DNA of 55,677 bases from a virus (taxonomy: Duplodnaviria; Caudoviricetes), in IMG/VR virus record IMGVR_UViG_3300046786_000284, positions 1 through 55,677 of that record; one strand, written 5' to 3'. The notes beneath the pieces are model-generated. The model did no database searches and was not told the origin of the DNA. It saw only the letters and a program-made list of their open reading frames with translations. Shown here piece after piece: positions 16,982-26,163 of the stretch; the stretch's first letter is position 1; every line of letters begins with the position of its first letter. Both the position numbers and the translations under genes were made by a program.

Positions 16982-17350
16982 TTGGTCAATAGGTTCCGCT
17001 ACCTGGAAATGCGGCGAAACTCCGTCCTCATCGTGTAGTGACGGTAGAAGCGAGACCATCGCAAATTTATGGGACTACCCTTGGATGCTTTAAACGCCTC
17101 ACCTCTGCTGAGTAACGTTTCCCATATCTTAATAGTTGTACGTTTGCCAGGTCATAGTAATTGCGATAGAGGGCCTGGGCTGTGTAGAGATTCCTGATGA
17201 ATATTTTCTCTACTACAACAGCGAATACGGAAAAGTCCCTTCATGGGTCGGTGCGACATAGACAATCCTCCACTATAATCTTTTAATTCATCATCGCCTA
17301 TAGTTCCTCAAGAATGTTTTTTGGCTTGTAGATTTTATATCTACTCGCCA
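16982..17350 (+). ncRNA. Candidate large structured non-coding RNA
   Basis: About 400-nt gap without a credible ORF in an otherwise tightly packed genome; many complementary helices (see findings). Strand inferred from flanking transcription. Confidence 0.5.
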
Positions 17351-17409
17351 TTGCCTAAGAATATCTAAACAACTATTTCCGATAAATAATACATAATAGG
17401 TAACTACAC

Positions 17410-18195
17410 ATGGCAATCAACATTCTTTCTACACCAAATGGATTAACCCTAGACGAATTAAAACAAACACTGTTTCAGAACATTAGATTCCGTTTAGGTG
17501 ATGGTATTATTGATCTGGAATTAGATCCCGAGCACTACGAAGCCGCATATAATTATGCCATTAAGGTATATCGTCAACGTGCTCAAAATGCAACCGCGGA
17601 ATCATATACATTAATGACTGTGATTAAGAACGTGGATACATACACACTACCTCAGGAATTCATTAATGTCCGCTGTTTATATCGTAGAACAGTTGGATTA
17701 GAAACTGGTCCCGGTTCTAGTTCATTTGATCCGTTCAGTAGTGCTATCTTAAACACTTATCTACTAAACTATAACAATGCAGGTGGTATGGCAACATATG
17801 ATTTTTATGCAGGTTATGTTGAATTAGCCGCACGTATGTTTGGTGGCTATGTAGTCTACACATTTGACCCCGTTACTAAAGTACTGCGTATTGTTAGAGA
17901 CCCTAAAGGTACTGGTGAGAGGGTACTTATTTGGGCCGACGTCCAACGTACAGAAGAAGTATTGTTACAAGATCCGGGCGCTGGTGTTTGGATTGGTGAC
18001 TTTATAATAGCAATTCTCAAAGGCATCATTGGTGAAGCCCGTGAAAAATTTTCTACAATCGCAGGCCCAGGTGGCGGCACTAGTCTAAACGGTACTGCAA
18101 TGAAGGCAGAATCTAAAGCCGCTCAAGAAGCATTGATTGATGAACTCAAACGCTATGTAGATTACAGTCAACCATTAACATGGGTTCAAGGGTAA
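17410..18195 (+). CDS. T4 gp13-like neck protein (head-tail adaptor)
   Basis: RLGDGIIDLEL, YTLPQEFINV, GEAREKF...PGGGTSLNG; GATAAATA at 17381-17388. Confidence 0.85.
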   Translation: MAINILSTPNGLTLDELKQTLFQNIRFRLGDGIIDLELDPEHYEAAYNYAIKVYRQRAQNATAESYTLMTVIKNVDTYTLPQEFINVRCLYRRTVGLETGPGSSSFDPFSSAILNTYLLNYNNAGGMATYDFYAGYVELAARMFGGYVVYTFDPVTKVLRIVRDPKGTGERVLIWADVQRTEEVLLQDPGAGVWIGDFIIAILKGIIGEAREKFSTIAGPGGGTSLNGTAMKAESKAAQEALIDELKRYVDYSQPLTWVQG

Positions 18196-18203
18196 ACTAA
18201 CAC

Positions 18204-18232
18204 TTTACTTTTTCACACTCCTGTCATATACT
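18204..18232 (+). promoter_or_regulatory. sigma70-type promoter
   Basis: TTTACT-N17-TATACT, then an AGGAG SD. Confidence 0.55.
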
Positions 18233-18255
18233 AAGTATCTGATAGGAGTTTCCAT

Positions 18256-18888
18256 ATGATTATAGGCGTAACCGGCTTTATTGGTAGCGGCAAAGACACA
18301 GTAGCTGATTATCTTTGTACGTTTCATGGGTTTAAAAGAGTAAGTTTTGCGGCGTCATTGAAAGATGCAGTCAGTTCAATTTTTGGTTGGGACCGAGAGC
18401 TATTAGAAGGCTCTACCAAGACTAGTAGAGAATGGCGAGAACAAGTTGATCCGTGGTGGAGTGAACGTTTGGGAATGGACATCACACCTAGATGGGTTCT
18501 ACAATATTGGGGCACGGAGGTCTGTCGCAATGGATTTCATAAAGATATTTGGGTCGCCAGTGTAGAGAACAAACTAAGACAAAGCAAAGACAACATTGTT
18601 ATTACTGATTGCCGTTTTGCAAATGAAGTCAATTCATTAAAGAATGTAGGTGGAATCACAATGCGTGTAGAACGTGGAGAAAAACCAGAGTGGTACGAGG
18701 CCGCAGTATCATTCAATAAAGGTGAGAGGGGTAATATGACTTGGGCACTAAGCAGGTCAAAATTAGAGCAACACGGGGTTCATGCTAGTGAGTATTCCAG
18801 TGTTGGATTAAACTACGACTATTATATTGATAACAACAGTTCTATTGACGACTTGCATAATCAAATAAAGTCAATAGTCAACCTTTAA
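18256..18888 (+). CDS. Deoxynucleoside monophosphate kinase (T4 gp1-like)
   Basis: GFIGSGKDT P-loop, TPRWVLQYWGTE, VITDCRF, HASE. Confidence 0.92.
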   Translation: MIIGVTGFIGSGKDTVADYLCTFHGFKRVSFAASLKDAVSSIFGWDRELLEGSTKTSREWREQVDPWWSERLGMDITPRWVLQYWGTEVCRNGFHKDIWVASVENKLRQSKDNIVITDCRFANEVNSLKNVGGITMRVERGEKPEWYEAAVSFNKGERGNMTWALSRSKLEQHGVHASEYSSVGLNYDYYIDNNSSIDDLHNQIKSIVNL

Positions 18889-19224
18889 ATCCCCTCTTTT
18901 CCAGTTAACTTCTTTCTTCTTAACTACTTCAACGCAGTTGAGACATATAGAACGTAGATTAGATTGTAGAATATTTTCTAAATCACCGTCTATATGAAAT
19001 ACAGTTATCTGTGAGGTGAAGATGCTCTTAAAGCCACATAAATCACATGTGGCTTTTTTCTTATAGCCACTCTTGGTCCAGTTAGCCTTGCGTGGCTTTT
19101 TCTTTTCCTTCTTTCTACCACACTCATCACACATACTACGGTAATGCGTAACATTGTTCTTTACGTAGTTTACAGCGCAAAAGTTTTTATTACAGTGTTG
19201 GCAAATTGGTCTATTTAACGGCAT
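18871..19224 (-). CDS. Zn-finger protein with degenerate HNH motif
   Basis: Four CxxC pairs; FHIDGD...NLRSICLNCV; GCTAAATA 4 nt before the ATG. Confidence 0.65.
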   Translation of the reverse strand: MPLNRPICQHCNKNFCAVNYVKNNVTHYRSMCDECGRKKEKKKPRKANWTKSGYKKKATCDLCGFKSIFTSQITVFHIDGDLENILQSNLRSICLNCVEVVKKKEVNWKRGDLKVDY

Positions 19225-19347
19225 AATCTATTTAGCTGAAAAGACCTTCGAAGGCACCGTTAACCATCCTTTTTTAGTTATTTTAATAAATAATACTATG
19301 CATTAGGGTTGTAACCCTCAAAATTTTACATAAAAGGAAAATATAAA

Positions 19348-22300
19348 ATGGCATTAACATCACCAGGCGTAGAAGTCACGATAATTGACCAAAGTCAGTA
19401 CTTACCAGCCCCAACTAGTTCTGTCCCATTAGTAATCTTAGCAACAGCACAGAACAAAGCTGACGCTAGTGGTACAGGTGTAGCGCAAGCTACGACCGCG
19501 GCAAACGCAAATAAACTTTATCAAGTTACGAGTCAACGTGATTTGGTTACCCTCTACGGTACACCGTTCTTCTATACTACTACGAATGGTACACCAATTC
19601 AAGGTTATGAATTAAACGAATATGGTCTATTGGCTGCTTACAGCTTATTGGGCGTCACTAATCGTTGCTACGTTCTACGTGCTGACATTGACTTGGCTAG
19701 CTTAGTCGGTCAAACAGGTCGCCCAGTAGGATCACCTACTAATGGAACTTGGTGGTTAGACACTACAACTTCTACATGGGGTATTTTTGAATTCAATGCA
19801 ACTACTGGTAAATTCGTAGAGCAACTACCAATCGTTATCACTAGTCCTACTAATTTGTCAGGTGGATATCCATTGAGTAGCATCGGTAATATCGGTGACT
19901 ATGCAGTGAATGCAATTGAAATTGATACTGTACCTTCAAGCTTAAGTGGAAAACAATTCTTCTATAAGACTACAGCTAATCAATGGACATTCTTAGGTTC
20001 TAATGCTTGGTTGGGTGACATTCCAACTATCACTGGTGCAAATGCGCCTACATCATTGAGCGCAGGAGATACATTCACTCTTAACATTAACGGTGGATTT
20101 AGTACAACTATCGCAGTTCCAGCATCAACTAATAATACAGTAGCAGGTGTTGCGGCAGCTATCAATGCATTAGACTATGCCCCTATCTCAGCGGCAGTTC
20201 GTGATAGCAAACTATGCATCTTCTCTAAACTAAGTTTAGGTATTGCTAACCCATATATTAGAGTTGTATCAGGAACAGGAACAGTTCTAAGTGATTTGGG
20301 AATTGACGTTGGATATTATTATCAAACTGGCTTATCATGGGGCACATCAGCAGAAATGCCATTATGGACATCAAGTCAACAATATCCTCGCCCTACAGGT
20401 TCTATTTGGATGAAAATGGGTACTGCAGGAAGCGGTTTTAATCAAGTAGTATCACAATATAATGCTACTACTGCTTCATGGGTTGCAAAAAATGTAGGTA
20501 ACTATGTTTCTGATGCGGCAGCTAATAATTCACTAGACCCTACAGGCGGTCAACTAATACCAGCTAATACAGTATACGCACAGTATTTGTTCAATGGTAG
20601 CTTTAGATCAAGTCCGATTTATCTATGGGCACGTAGTGCAACGGGACCAACAGTAGTTACTGGAAATGATTCAACACCTACATTTAGTGGTCCATACACA
20701 TTGTATGTAAACATTTCAACTCCAGGTTCTGATTCATTGTCATCAGCATATACTGTAACATTTAATTCTTCATATACGGCAGCAGGTTTCTGTACTGCTT
20801 GGTCAGCGGCTAATATTCCGTTCACACAAGCATCAGTTACGACTGACGGAGCAATTCAAATTGTTCATACCGAAGGTGGTGAAATTGTTATCAGTGATAT
20901 CAATACAACAACAGGTATAAGCAATGGTTTCTTAGCGGCAGCAGGATTTGTAGCTGGAACTACAACTGGTTGCAAGACTGGCCCATCAGTTGCATTGGCA
21001 TTTACTCCTGCTCAAGCAGGAACACAACCAGATACATCAGGTACAGGTTTAGTGCCAAACGTTGTTACTGTTAATGGAGTTTATGTAGTTAATGCTACAT
21101 CATTTGTAGCCGCAGGTAGCGGTTATGCAGTAGGTGATACTGTTAAGTTCTTGGGAACACAATTAGGCGGTTCAACTCCTGCTAATGACTTGGTAGTAAC
21201 AGTAACAGCAGTTAGCACTGGTGCAGTAACAGGTGTAGCTTATTATGATGGTACAGCCCCAGCAAACTATGCTACTCAATTGTCAAATTGGGTTGATTTC
21301 ACATATACTGCTAATGAAGGTGCACCCAACGTAGCCCCTGCGAATAATACAAACTGGTTCTACAGTGTAGTTGACCAAGTTGACATTATGGTTAACTATA
21401 ACGGACAGTGGAATGGTTATGGTAATTTGAACTATGATAGTTCAGGATTCCCTACAGCAACTGGTTCAAACTCAACTGATCCAGCTGGTCCGATTATCAG
21501 TGCTAGCACACCAACAACACAATCAACTGGCGCGTCATTAGAATACGGTGATTTGTGGATCAGTACTGCTAACCTAGAAGATTATCCAGTTATCAGTCGT
21601 TGGGAAAGTGTTAATGGTACAGATCAGTGGGTTCTGTTAGATAATGCAGATCAAACTAGTTCTAGCGGTGTATTGTTTGCTGATGCTCGTTGGGCTCCAA
21701 GTGGTTCAGTAAATCCAGCAGATGATCCTATTCCGACAATCGTTTCTCTATTATCAAGTGATTACTTAGATTTAGACGCTCCTGAATCATCATTGTATCC
21801 AAATGGTATGTTGTTGTTTAACACACGCCGTTCAGGTTACAACGTTAAGCAGTATCGTGTGAACTATTTTAACTCTACTACATTCCCAGATCAAAGTCTA
21901 CCTTCAGAGACAGATGCATGGGTATCAGTAAGTGGATTACAATCTAACGGTTCACCTTACATGGGTCGTAAAGCACAACGTGCTATGGTTGTTGAAGCAT
22001 TGCGTTCAGCATGTGACACAAACTTAGCAATTCGTGATGAAGATAACTTCTTCAACTTGATGGCTTCTCCTAACTATCCAGAAATGCAACCTAACATGGT
22101 TGTGTTGAATGCTGATCGTGGTGAGACAGGTTATATCATTGGTGATACTCCATTAGGATTAGCTGATGATGCTACTCTAATTCAAGCATGGGCTACTAAT
22201 GCCGCAGGTGCAACAAGTACAGGCGAAGAAGGTTTAGTAACTCGTAACACATACTTAGGTTTGTTCTATCCAAGTGGTATTGCTCCAGACTTAAGTGGTA

Positions 22301-22908
22301 ACTTAGTTGCTGTCCCTGCATCACATATGATGTTGCGTACATTCTTGCGTAATGACACTGTTTCTTATCCATGGTTAGCGGCAGCTGGTACACGTAGAGG
22401 TAACATTGACAATGCTACAAACATTGGTTACTTGAATCGTACAACAGGTGAGTTCCAGACAATTAAAACACGTGTTGGTATTCGTGATGTATTGTACATC
22501 AACTTTATCAACCCATTAGTGTTCTTCACTGGTATTGGCTTATTGAACTATGGTAACAAGACAAGTTATAACTCTAGCTCTGCTTTAGACAGAACTAACG
22601 TAGCTCGTCTAATTGCTTATATCCGTCGTCAATTGACATTAGCTTGCAGACCATTCGTGTTTGAACCTAATGATGCATTGACACGTAATCAAATCGCTGG
22701 TGTTGTTGAAACATTACTAGTTGATTTAGTTGCTAAACGCGGTCTATACGATTACTTGGTTGTTTGTGACGAAAGTAACAACACACCAGCTCGTATTGAT
22801 AGAAATGAATTGTGGATTGATGTTGCAGTTGAGCCTGTTAAGGCAGCTGAATTCATCTATGTCCCGGTTCGTATTATGAACACTGGCGAATTATCGGCAG
22901 CGGGATAA
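19348..22908 (+). CDS. Tail sheath protein (T4 gp18-like), enlarged
   Basis: LTSPGVEVTIID, YPWLAAAGTRRG, INPLVFF, DRTNVARL, FEPND, VCDESNNTPARIDRNEL, PVKAAEFIY. Confidence 0.95.
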   Translation: MALTSPGVEVTIIDQSQYLPAPTSSVPLVILATAQNKADASGTGVAQATTAANANKLYQVTSQRDLVTLYGTPFFYTTTNGTPIQGYELNEYGLLAAYSLLGVTNRCYVLRADIDLASLVGQTGRPVGSPTNGTWWLDTTTSTWGIFEFNATTGKFVEQLPIVITSPTNLSGGYPLSSIGNIGDYAVNAIEIDTVPSSLSGKQFFYKTTANQWTFLGSNAWLGDIPTITGANAPTSLSAGDTFTLNINGGFSTTIAVPASTNNTVAGVAAAINALDYAPISAAVRDSKLCIFSKLSLGIANPYIRVVSGTGTVLSDLGIDVGYYYQTGLSWGTSAEMPLWTSSQQYPRPTGSIWMKMGTAGSGFNQVVSQYNATTASWVAKNVGNYVSDAAANNSLDPTGGQLIPANTVYAQYLFNGSFRSSPIYLWARSATGPTVVTGNDSTPTFSGPYTLYVNISTPGSDSLSSAYTVTFNSSYTAAGFCTAWSAANIPFTQASVTTDGAIQIVHTEGGEIVISDINTTTGISNGFLAAAGFVAGTTTGCKTGPSVALAFTPAQAGTQPDTSGTGLVPNVVTVNGVYVVNATSFVAAGSGYAVGDTVKFLGTQLGGSTPANDLVVTVTAVSTGAVTGVAYYDGTAPANYATQLSNWVDFTYTANEGAPNVAPANNTNWFYSVVDQVDIMVNYNGQWNGYGNLNYDSSGFPTATGSNSTDPAGPIISASTPTTQSTGASLEYGDLWISTANLEDYPVISRWESVNGTDQWVLLDNADQTSSSGVLFADARWAPSGSVNPADDPIPTIVSLLSSDYLDLDAPESSLYPNGMLLFNTRRSGYNVKQYRVNYFNSTTFPDQSLPSETDAWVSVSGLQSNGSPYMGRKAQRAMVVEALRSACDTNLAIRDEDNFFNLMASPNYPEMQPNMVVLNADRGETGYIIGDTPLGLADDATLIQAWATNAAGATSTGEEGLVTRNTYLGLFYPSGIAPDLSGNLVAVPASHMMLRTFLRNDTVSYPWLAAAGTRRGNIDNATNIGYLNRTTGEFQTIKTRVGIRDVLYINFINPLVFFTGIGLLNYGNKTSYNSSSALDRTNVARLIAYIRRQLTLACRPFVFEPNDALTRNQIAGVVETLLVDLVAKRGLYDYLVVCDESNNTPARIDRNELWIDVAVEPVKAAEFIYVPVRIMNTGELSAAG

Positions 22909-22914
22909 AGAGAA

Positions 22915-22939
22915 ATTGGGTACTCAATGAGTACCCAAT
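22915..22939. repeat. Perfect inverted repeat between sheath and tube genes
   Basis: ATTGGGTACTCA-A-TGAGTACCCAAT with no U tract; late box GATAAATA follows at 22948-22955. Confidence 0.8.
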
Positions 22940-22977
22940 CTAATATAGATAAATAATATTAACAGGAGAAACAAAAA

Positions 22978-23616
22978 ATGGCAACAGCCTCACAATCATT
23001 GTTCAACATGACCGTAGCGTCAGACAACGCAGGTGGAAACCAAGGCTTGTTGATGCCCAAACTACAATATCGTTTTAGAGTAAACTTCTTAAACTTTGGT
23101 GCTAGCGCATCTAGCGTGGAATTAACAAAACAAGTTATTGATTGCTCACGTCCTAACGTGACTTTCGCTGAGATTACATTACCAGTATACAACTCAACAT
23201 TGTATCTTGCAGGTAAGCATACTTGGAACCCAATGACAGTTAACGTCAGAGATGACGCATCTGGTACAGTGTCTAAGTTAGTTGGACAACAATTACAAAA
23301 GCAAATGGACTTTGTTGAGCAAGCATCTGCGGCTACTGGTCAAGATTATAAGTTCCAAACGAACATTGAAATCTTAGACGGTGGTAATGGAGCGGCAGCC
23401 CCTACAGTCCTCGAAACATGGGAACTATACGGTTGCTTCTTACAGACAGCTAACTATAATACATTGAACTACGGTACTAACGAAGCAGTAACAATCGCAA
23501 TGACATTACGCTTTGATAACGCAATTCAGTCACCATTAGCATCAGGCGTAGGCGCAAGCGTAGGTCGTGCATTAGGTGGCGCAACTGTCACGGGTATTGG
23601 CGCAGGTCAAGGTTAA
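22978..23616 (+). CDS. Tail tube protein (T4 gp19-like)
   Basis: Directly after the sheath; PKLQYRFRV, RPNV, YLAGKHTW, WELYGCF, LRFDNA. Confidence 0.9.
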   Translation: MATASQSLFNMTVASDNAGGNQGLLMPKLQYRFRVNFLNFGASASSVELTKQVIDCSRPNVTFAEITLPVYNSTLYLAGKHTWNPMTVNVRDDASGTVSKLVGQQLQKQMDFVEQASAATGQDYKFQTNIEILDGGNGAAAPTVLETWELYGCFLQTANYNTLNYGTNEAVTIAMTLRFDNAIQSPLASGVGASVGRALGGATVTGIGAGQG

Positions 23617-23638
23617 TAGATTTTAAATCTAGTATAAC

Positions 23639-24826
23639 ATGGCTGGATTTTTTCAAACCCAACTTAATGCCGCTGCCGGAACTTTTTTCGGCAGCGACTA
23701 CCTACGTGACCAACAGCATGCGGCAAAGATTTTTCAACCAAATGCATATGCGTATGCACCTAAGTTTAAATTTTTGTTTCATGTATATTTTGACATTAAC
23801 CGAGAAGCATATCCGTTAAATGTAGAAACAGGTGCAAACTTTGGTCTAGCAGTTAAAACAGTAAAACTACCATCATTCAATTTTTCAACAACTGAATTAA
23901 ATCAGTATAACAGAAAACGTCTAGTACAAACTAAAATAAAATATGACCCTATAGATATTACATTTCATGATGATAATGGAAATGTGATTCGAAATCTATG
24001 GCAAGCATATTTTACATATTACTATGCAGATAGTACAAAACCTAAAGTAGTGTTTGCGGGATCTAGAGGTGGACAACCTCAAGCCGGCGCAACGTCTGCT
24101 AATTATAACACTAGAAATCAATATTCACCTTCTATATCAGGAGATGATAATTGGGGTTATATAGGTGAGACTAGTACACCGTCAGGTCCTAACTCTGCAA
24201 AATTACCTTTCTTTAAAAATATTACTATATTTGGTTTTAATCAGCATAACTTTGTAGCATATACATTGATTAACCCTATATTAAGTAGAGCAGGTCATGA
24301 TACATACAGTTATGCTGATGGTGGCGGTACTATGGAAATGTCTATGGGTATCGAATATGAAACTGTGGTATACAATCAGGGTGCATTAGATGGAAAATCT
24401 CCAAGTAATATAGTTACTGGATTTGGTCTTGATAGTTCATATGACAGAACATTAAGTCCTATAGCTCGTCCAGGATCAAATGGTAGCATATTAGGTCCAA
24501 ATGGTCTAGTCGATGGTGTTGGTGGTGCAATCAATGATTTAGCTAATGGTAATATATTAGGTGCTATACAAAAAGCAGGCACAACATATAATACATTTAA
24601 GAATGGTAATCTAAAAGCAATTGCTAAAGCTGAACTCACACAAGGCATAAGTAAAGTATTAGTATCAGGGGCAGCCTCAGCGGGCAGAGCACTTACAGTA
24701 AATACACCTATATATGGGTCTAGTCCTACATATTCAGGAACTGCAGGTACTCCGTCAGGCTCTGCAACTACACCTTCAACTATAGGAAATAATCCTTATG
24801 CCGGTCGTCAATTAGGTGGCCCATAA
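23639..24826 (+). CDS. Tube-fold baseplate protein (gp48/gp54-like tube initiator)
   Basis: PKFKFLFHV, VKLPS, NQYNRKR, YDPIDITFHDD are tube-paralog motifs; position after the tube gene. Confidence 0.65.
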   Translation: MAGFFQTQLNAAAGTFFGSDYLRDQQHAAKIFQPNAYAYAPKFKFLFHVYFDINREAYPLNVETGANFGLAVKTVKLPSFNFSTTELNQYNRKRLVQTKIKYDPIDITFHDDNGNVIRNLWQAYFTYYYADSTKPKVVFAGSRGGQPQAGATSANYNTRNQYSPSISGDDNWGYIGETSTPSGPNSAKLPFFKNITIFGFNQHNFVAYTLINPILSRAGHDTYSYADGGGTMEMSMGIEYETVVYNQGALDGKSPSNIVTGFGLDSSYDRTLSPIARPGSNGSILGPNGLVDGVGGAINDLANGNILGAIQKAGTTYNTFKNGNLKAIAKAELTQGISKVLVSGAASAGRALTVNTPIYGSSPTYSGTAGTPSGSATTPSTIGNNPYAGRQLGGP

Positions 24827-24842
24827 GGTTCAGGAGAACATA

Positions 24843-25205
24843 ATGGCAAACATATTAGACGGACGTACATCGTTAGACCAGACAGTTAGAATTTTTGATT
24901 CTTTTTATGCATTTGACTTGCGAGTCAATGCTAGTGAATACGACATTGTACACGGGTATTTTTTATCAGTTTGTGAAACTAGAAATATTGCTGATAATTT
25001 CACAGCAGTCTTGTTTAGAATTTCACAAGAAACTGGTATTCCTACATTAGACCTGTTAGGCGCTGTTAAAGGTACTGATAATCAATTACAAATGAATCAA
25101 GTAATTAACTATTACCTCAATAGTTTTAAGTCTAAGACTTCATTGTATGGTGTAAGCATAGTCCCCCAACCAAACATACCAGTTGCTAGAAACATAGTAT
25201 TATAA
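24843..25205 (+). CDS. Hypothetical protein
   Basis: Start re-assigned to ATG 24843, after an AGGAG SD. Confidence 0.65.
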   Translation: MANILDGRTSLDQTVRIFDSFYAFDLRVNASEYDIVHGYFLSVCETRNIADNFTAVLFRISQETGIPTLDLLGAVKGTDNQLQMNQVINYYLNSFKSKTSLYGVSIVPQPNIPVARNIVL

Positions 25206-25206
25206 T

Positions 25207-25644
25207 ATGGCACGTTTTGCGCAGGGCATCTATATTCCCAAAAATGCTAAAAAATATATAGGTAAAAATAGACCTAGATATCGCAGTGGATGGGAACTAA
25301 CGTTTATGACGTTCTGCGACTCAAATAATCATGTATTGTATTGGGCTAGCGAATCATTGATTGTTCCCTATCGTCACCCCTTTACAGGTAAACCAACGAA
25401 TTATATTCCTGACTTCTTTGTAGTTTATCAAAACAAATTTGGTAAACAAATAGCAGAAGTTGTAGAAATCAAGCCCAAGAAGCAAAGTATCATTGAAAGC
25501 AAAGTAGCTAACGCTAAAGATAGAATGGTAGTTGCTATCAATCATGCTAAGTGGCAAGCTGCCGCAGCCTACTGTAAAGCACAAGGTTTTACATTTAGGG
25601 TCATTACAGAAGATGACCTTTTCTACAATGGTAGAAACAGGTAA
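25207..25644 (+). CDS. Head completion nuclease (T4 gp4-like, TnsA-type)
   Basis: YRSGWE, WASE, YIPDF, EIKP, NHAKWQAA, FRVITE. Confidence 0.9.
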   Translation: MARFAQGIYIPKNAKKYIGKNRPRYRSGWELTFMTFCDSNNHVLYWASESLIVPYRHPFTGKPTNYIPDFFVVYQNKFGKQIAEVVEIKPKKQSIIESKVANAKDRMVVAINHAKWQAAAAYCKAQGFTFRVITEDDLFYNGRNR

Positions 25645-25655
25645 CTAAATACTGT

Positions 25656-26138
25656 ATGACCAAAAAACTTCAAGAACTTTTTGAACTTCCTCAAGATGCT
25701 ATAGATGAGTTAGCTATACCTATTCCAGAACATGCTCAGGAAGTAACAACAGAAGCACTAGATACATTAGAAAAAATAGAAAATGCACTTCCTCAAGTTC
25801 GTGGATTAGATGCCGCTGACGGAGAAATGGATGAATTGGCTGCGATGGCCACTAGCAGTTATAAAGATTTAGTTGACTTGGGAATGCAAGTTGATAGTCG
25901 TTTTGCTAGTGAAATCTTCAATGCGGCTAGTAGTATGCTTGGACATGCTATTACTGCTAAGACAGCGAAAATTAACAAAAAGTTAAAAATGCTTGATTTG
26001 CAGTTAAAGAAAGCACAATTAGATCGGAAAATGGCAGAAAAGACTGAAGAAGTCGAGTCAACACCTCTAGGTGATGGTAAAGTATTAGACCGTAACGAGT
26101 TACTGAAAATGTTGAGCCCCAAAACTGATGAGAAATGA
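25656..26138 (+). CDS. Probable terminase small subunit (gp16-like)
   Basis: Helical; SRFASEIFNAASSML...KMLDLQLKK and a terminal RNELLKML resemble T4-type TerS; follows the gp4-like gene. Confidence 0.55.
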   Translation: MTKKLQELFELPQDAIDELAIPIPEHAQEVTTEALDTLEKIENALPQVRGLDAADGEMDELAAMATSSYKDLVDLGMQVDSRFASEIFNAASSMLGHAITAKTAKINKKLKMLDLQLKKAQLDRKMAEKTEEVESTPLGDGKVLDRNELLKMLSPKTDEK

Positions 26139-26163
26139 TAAATACAAGATACAGGAATAAGAA

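Noticed and set aside
17015-17200. Hammerhead ribozyme (CGAAAC at 17015, CTGATGA at 17194)
   Set aside because: The flanking bases do not form the required stems I-III around the core.
17228-17280. RNase P RNA (GGAAAAGTCC) or tmRNA 3' end (TCCACTA)
   Set aside because: The complementary P4 partner and a tRNA-like T-arm or acceptor stem are not recognisable. Kept only as an unassigned ncRNA candidate.
25207-25644. Tn7 TnsA transposase or mobile element
   Set aside because: The TnsA-like fold is expected for T4 gp4 head-completion proteins. The context is structural, and there is no tnsB/tnsC or terminal repeat.
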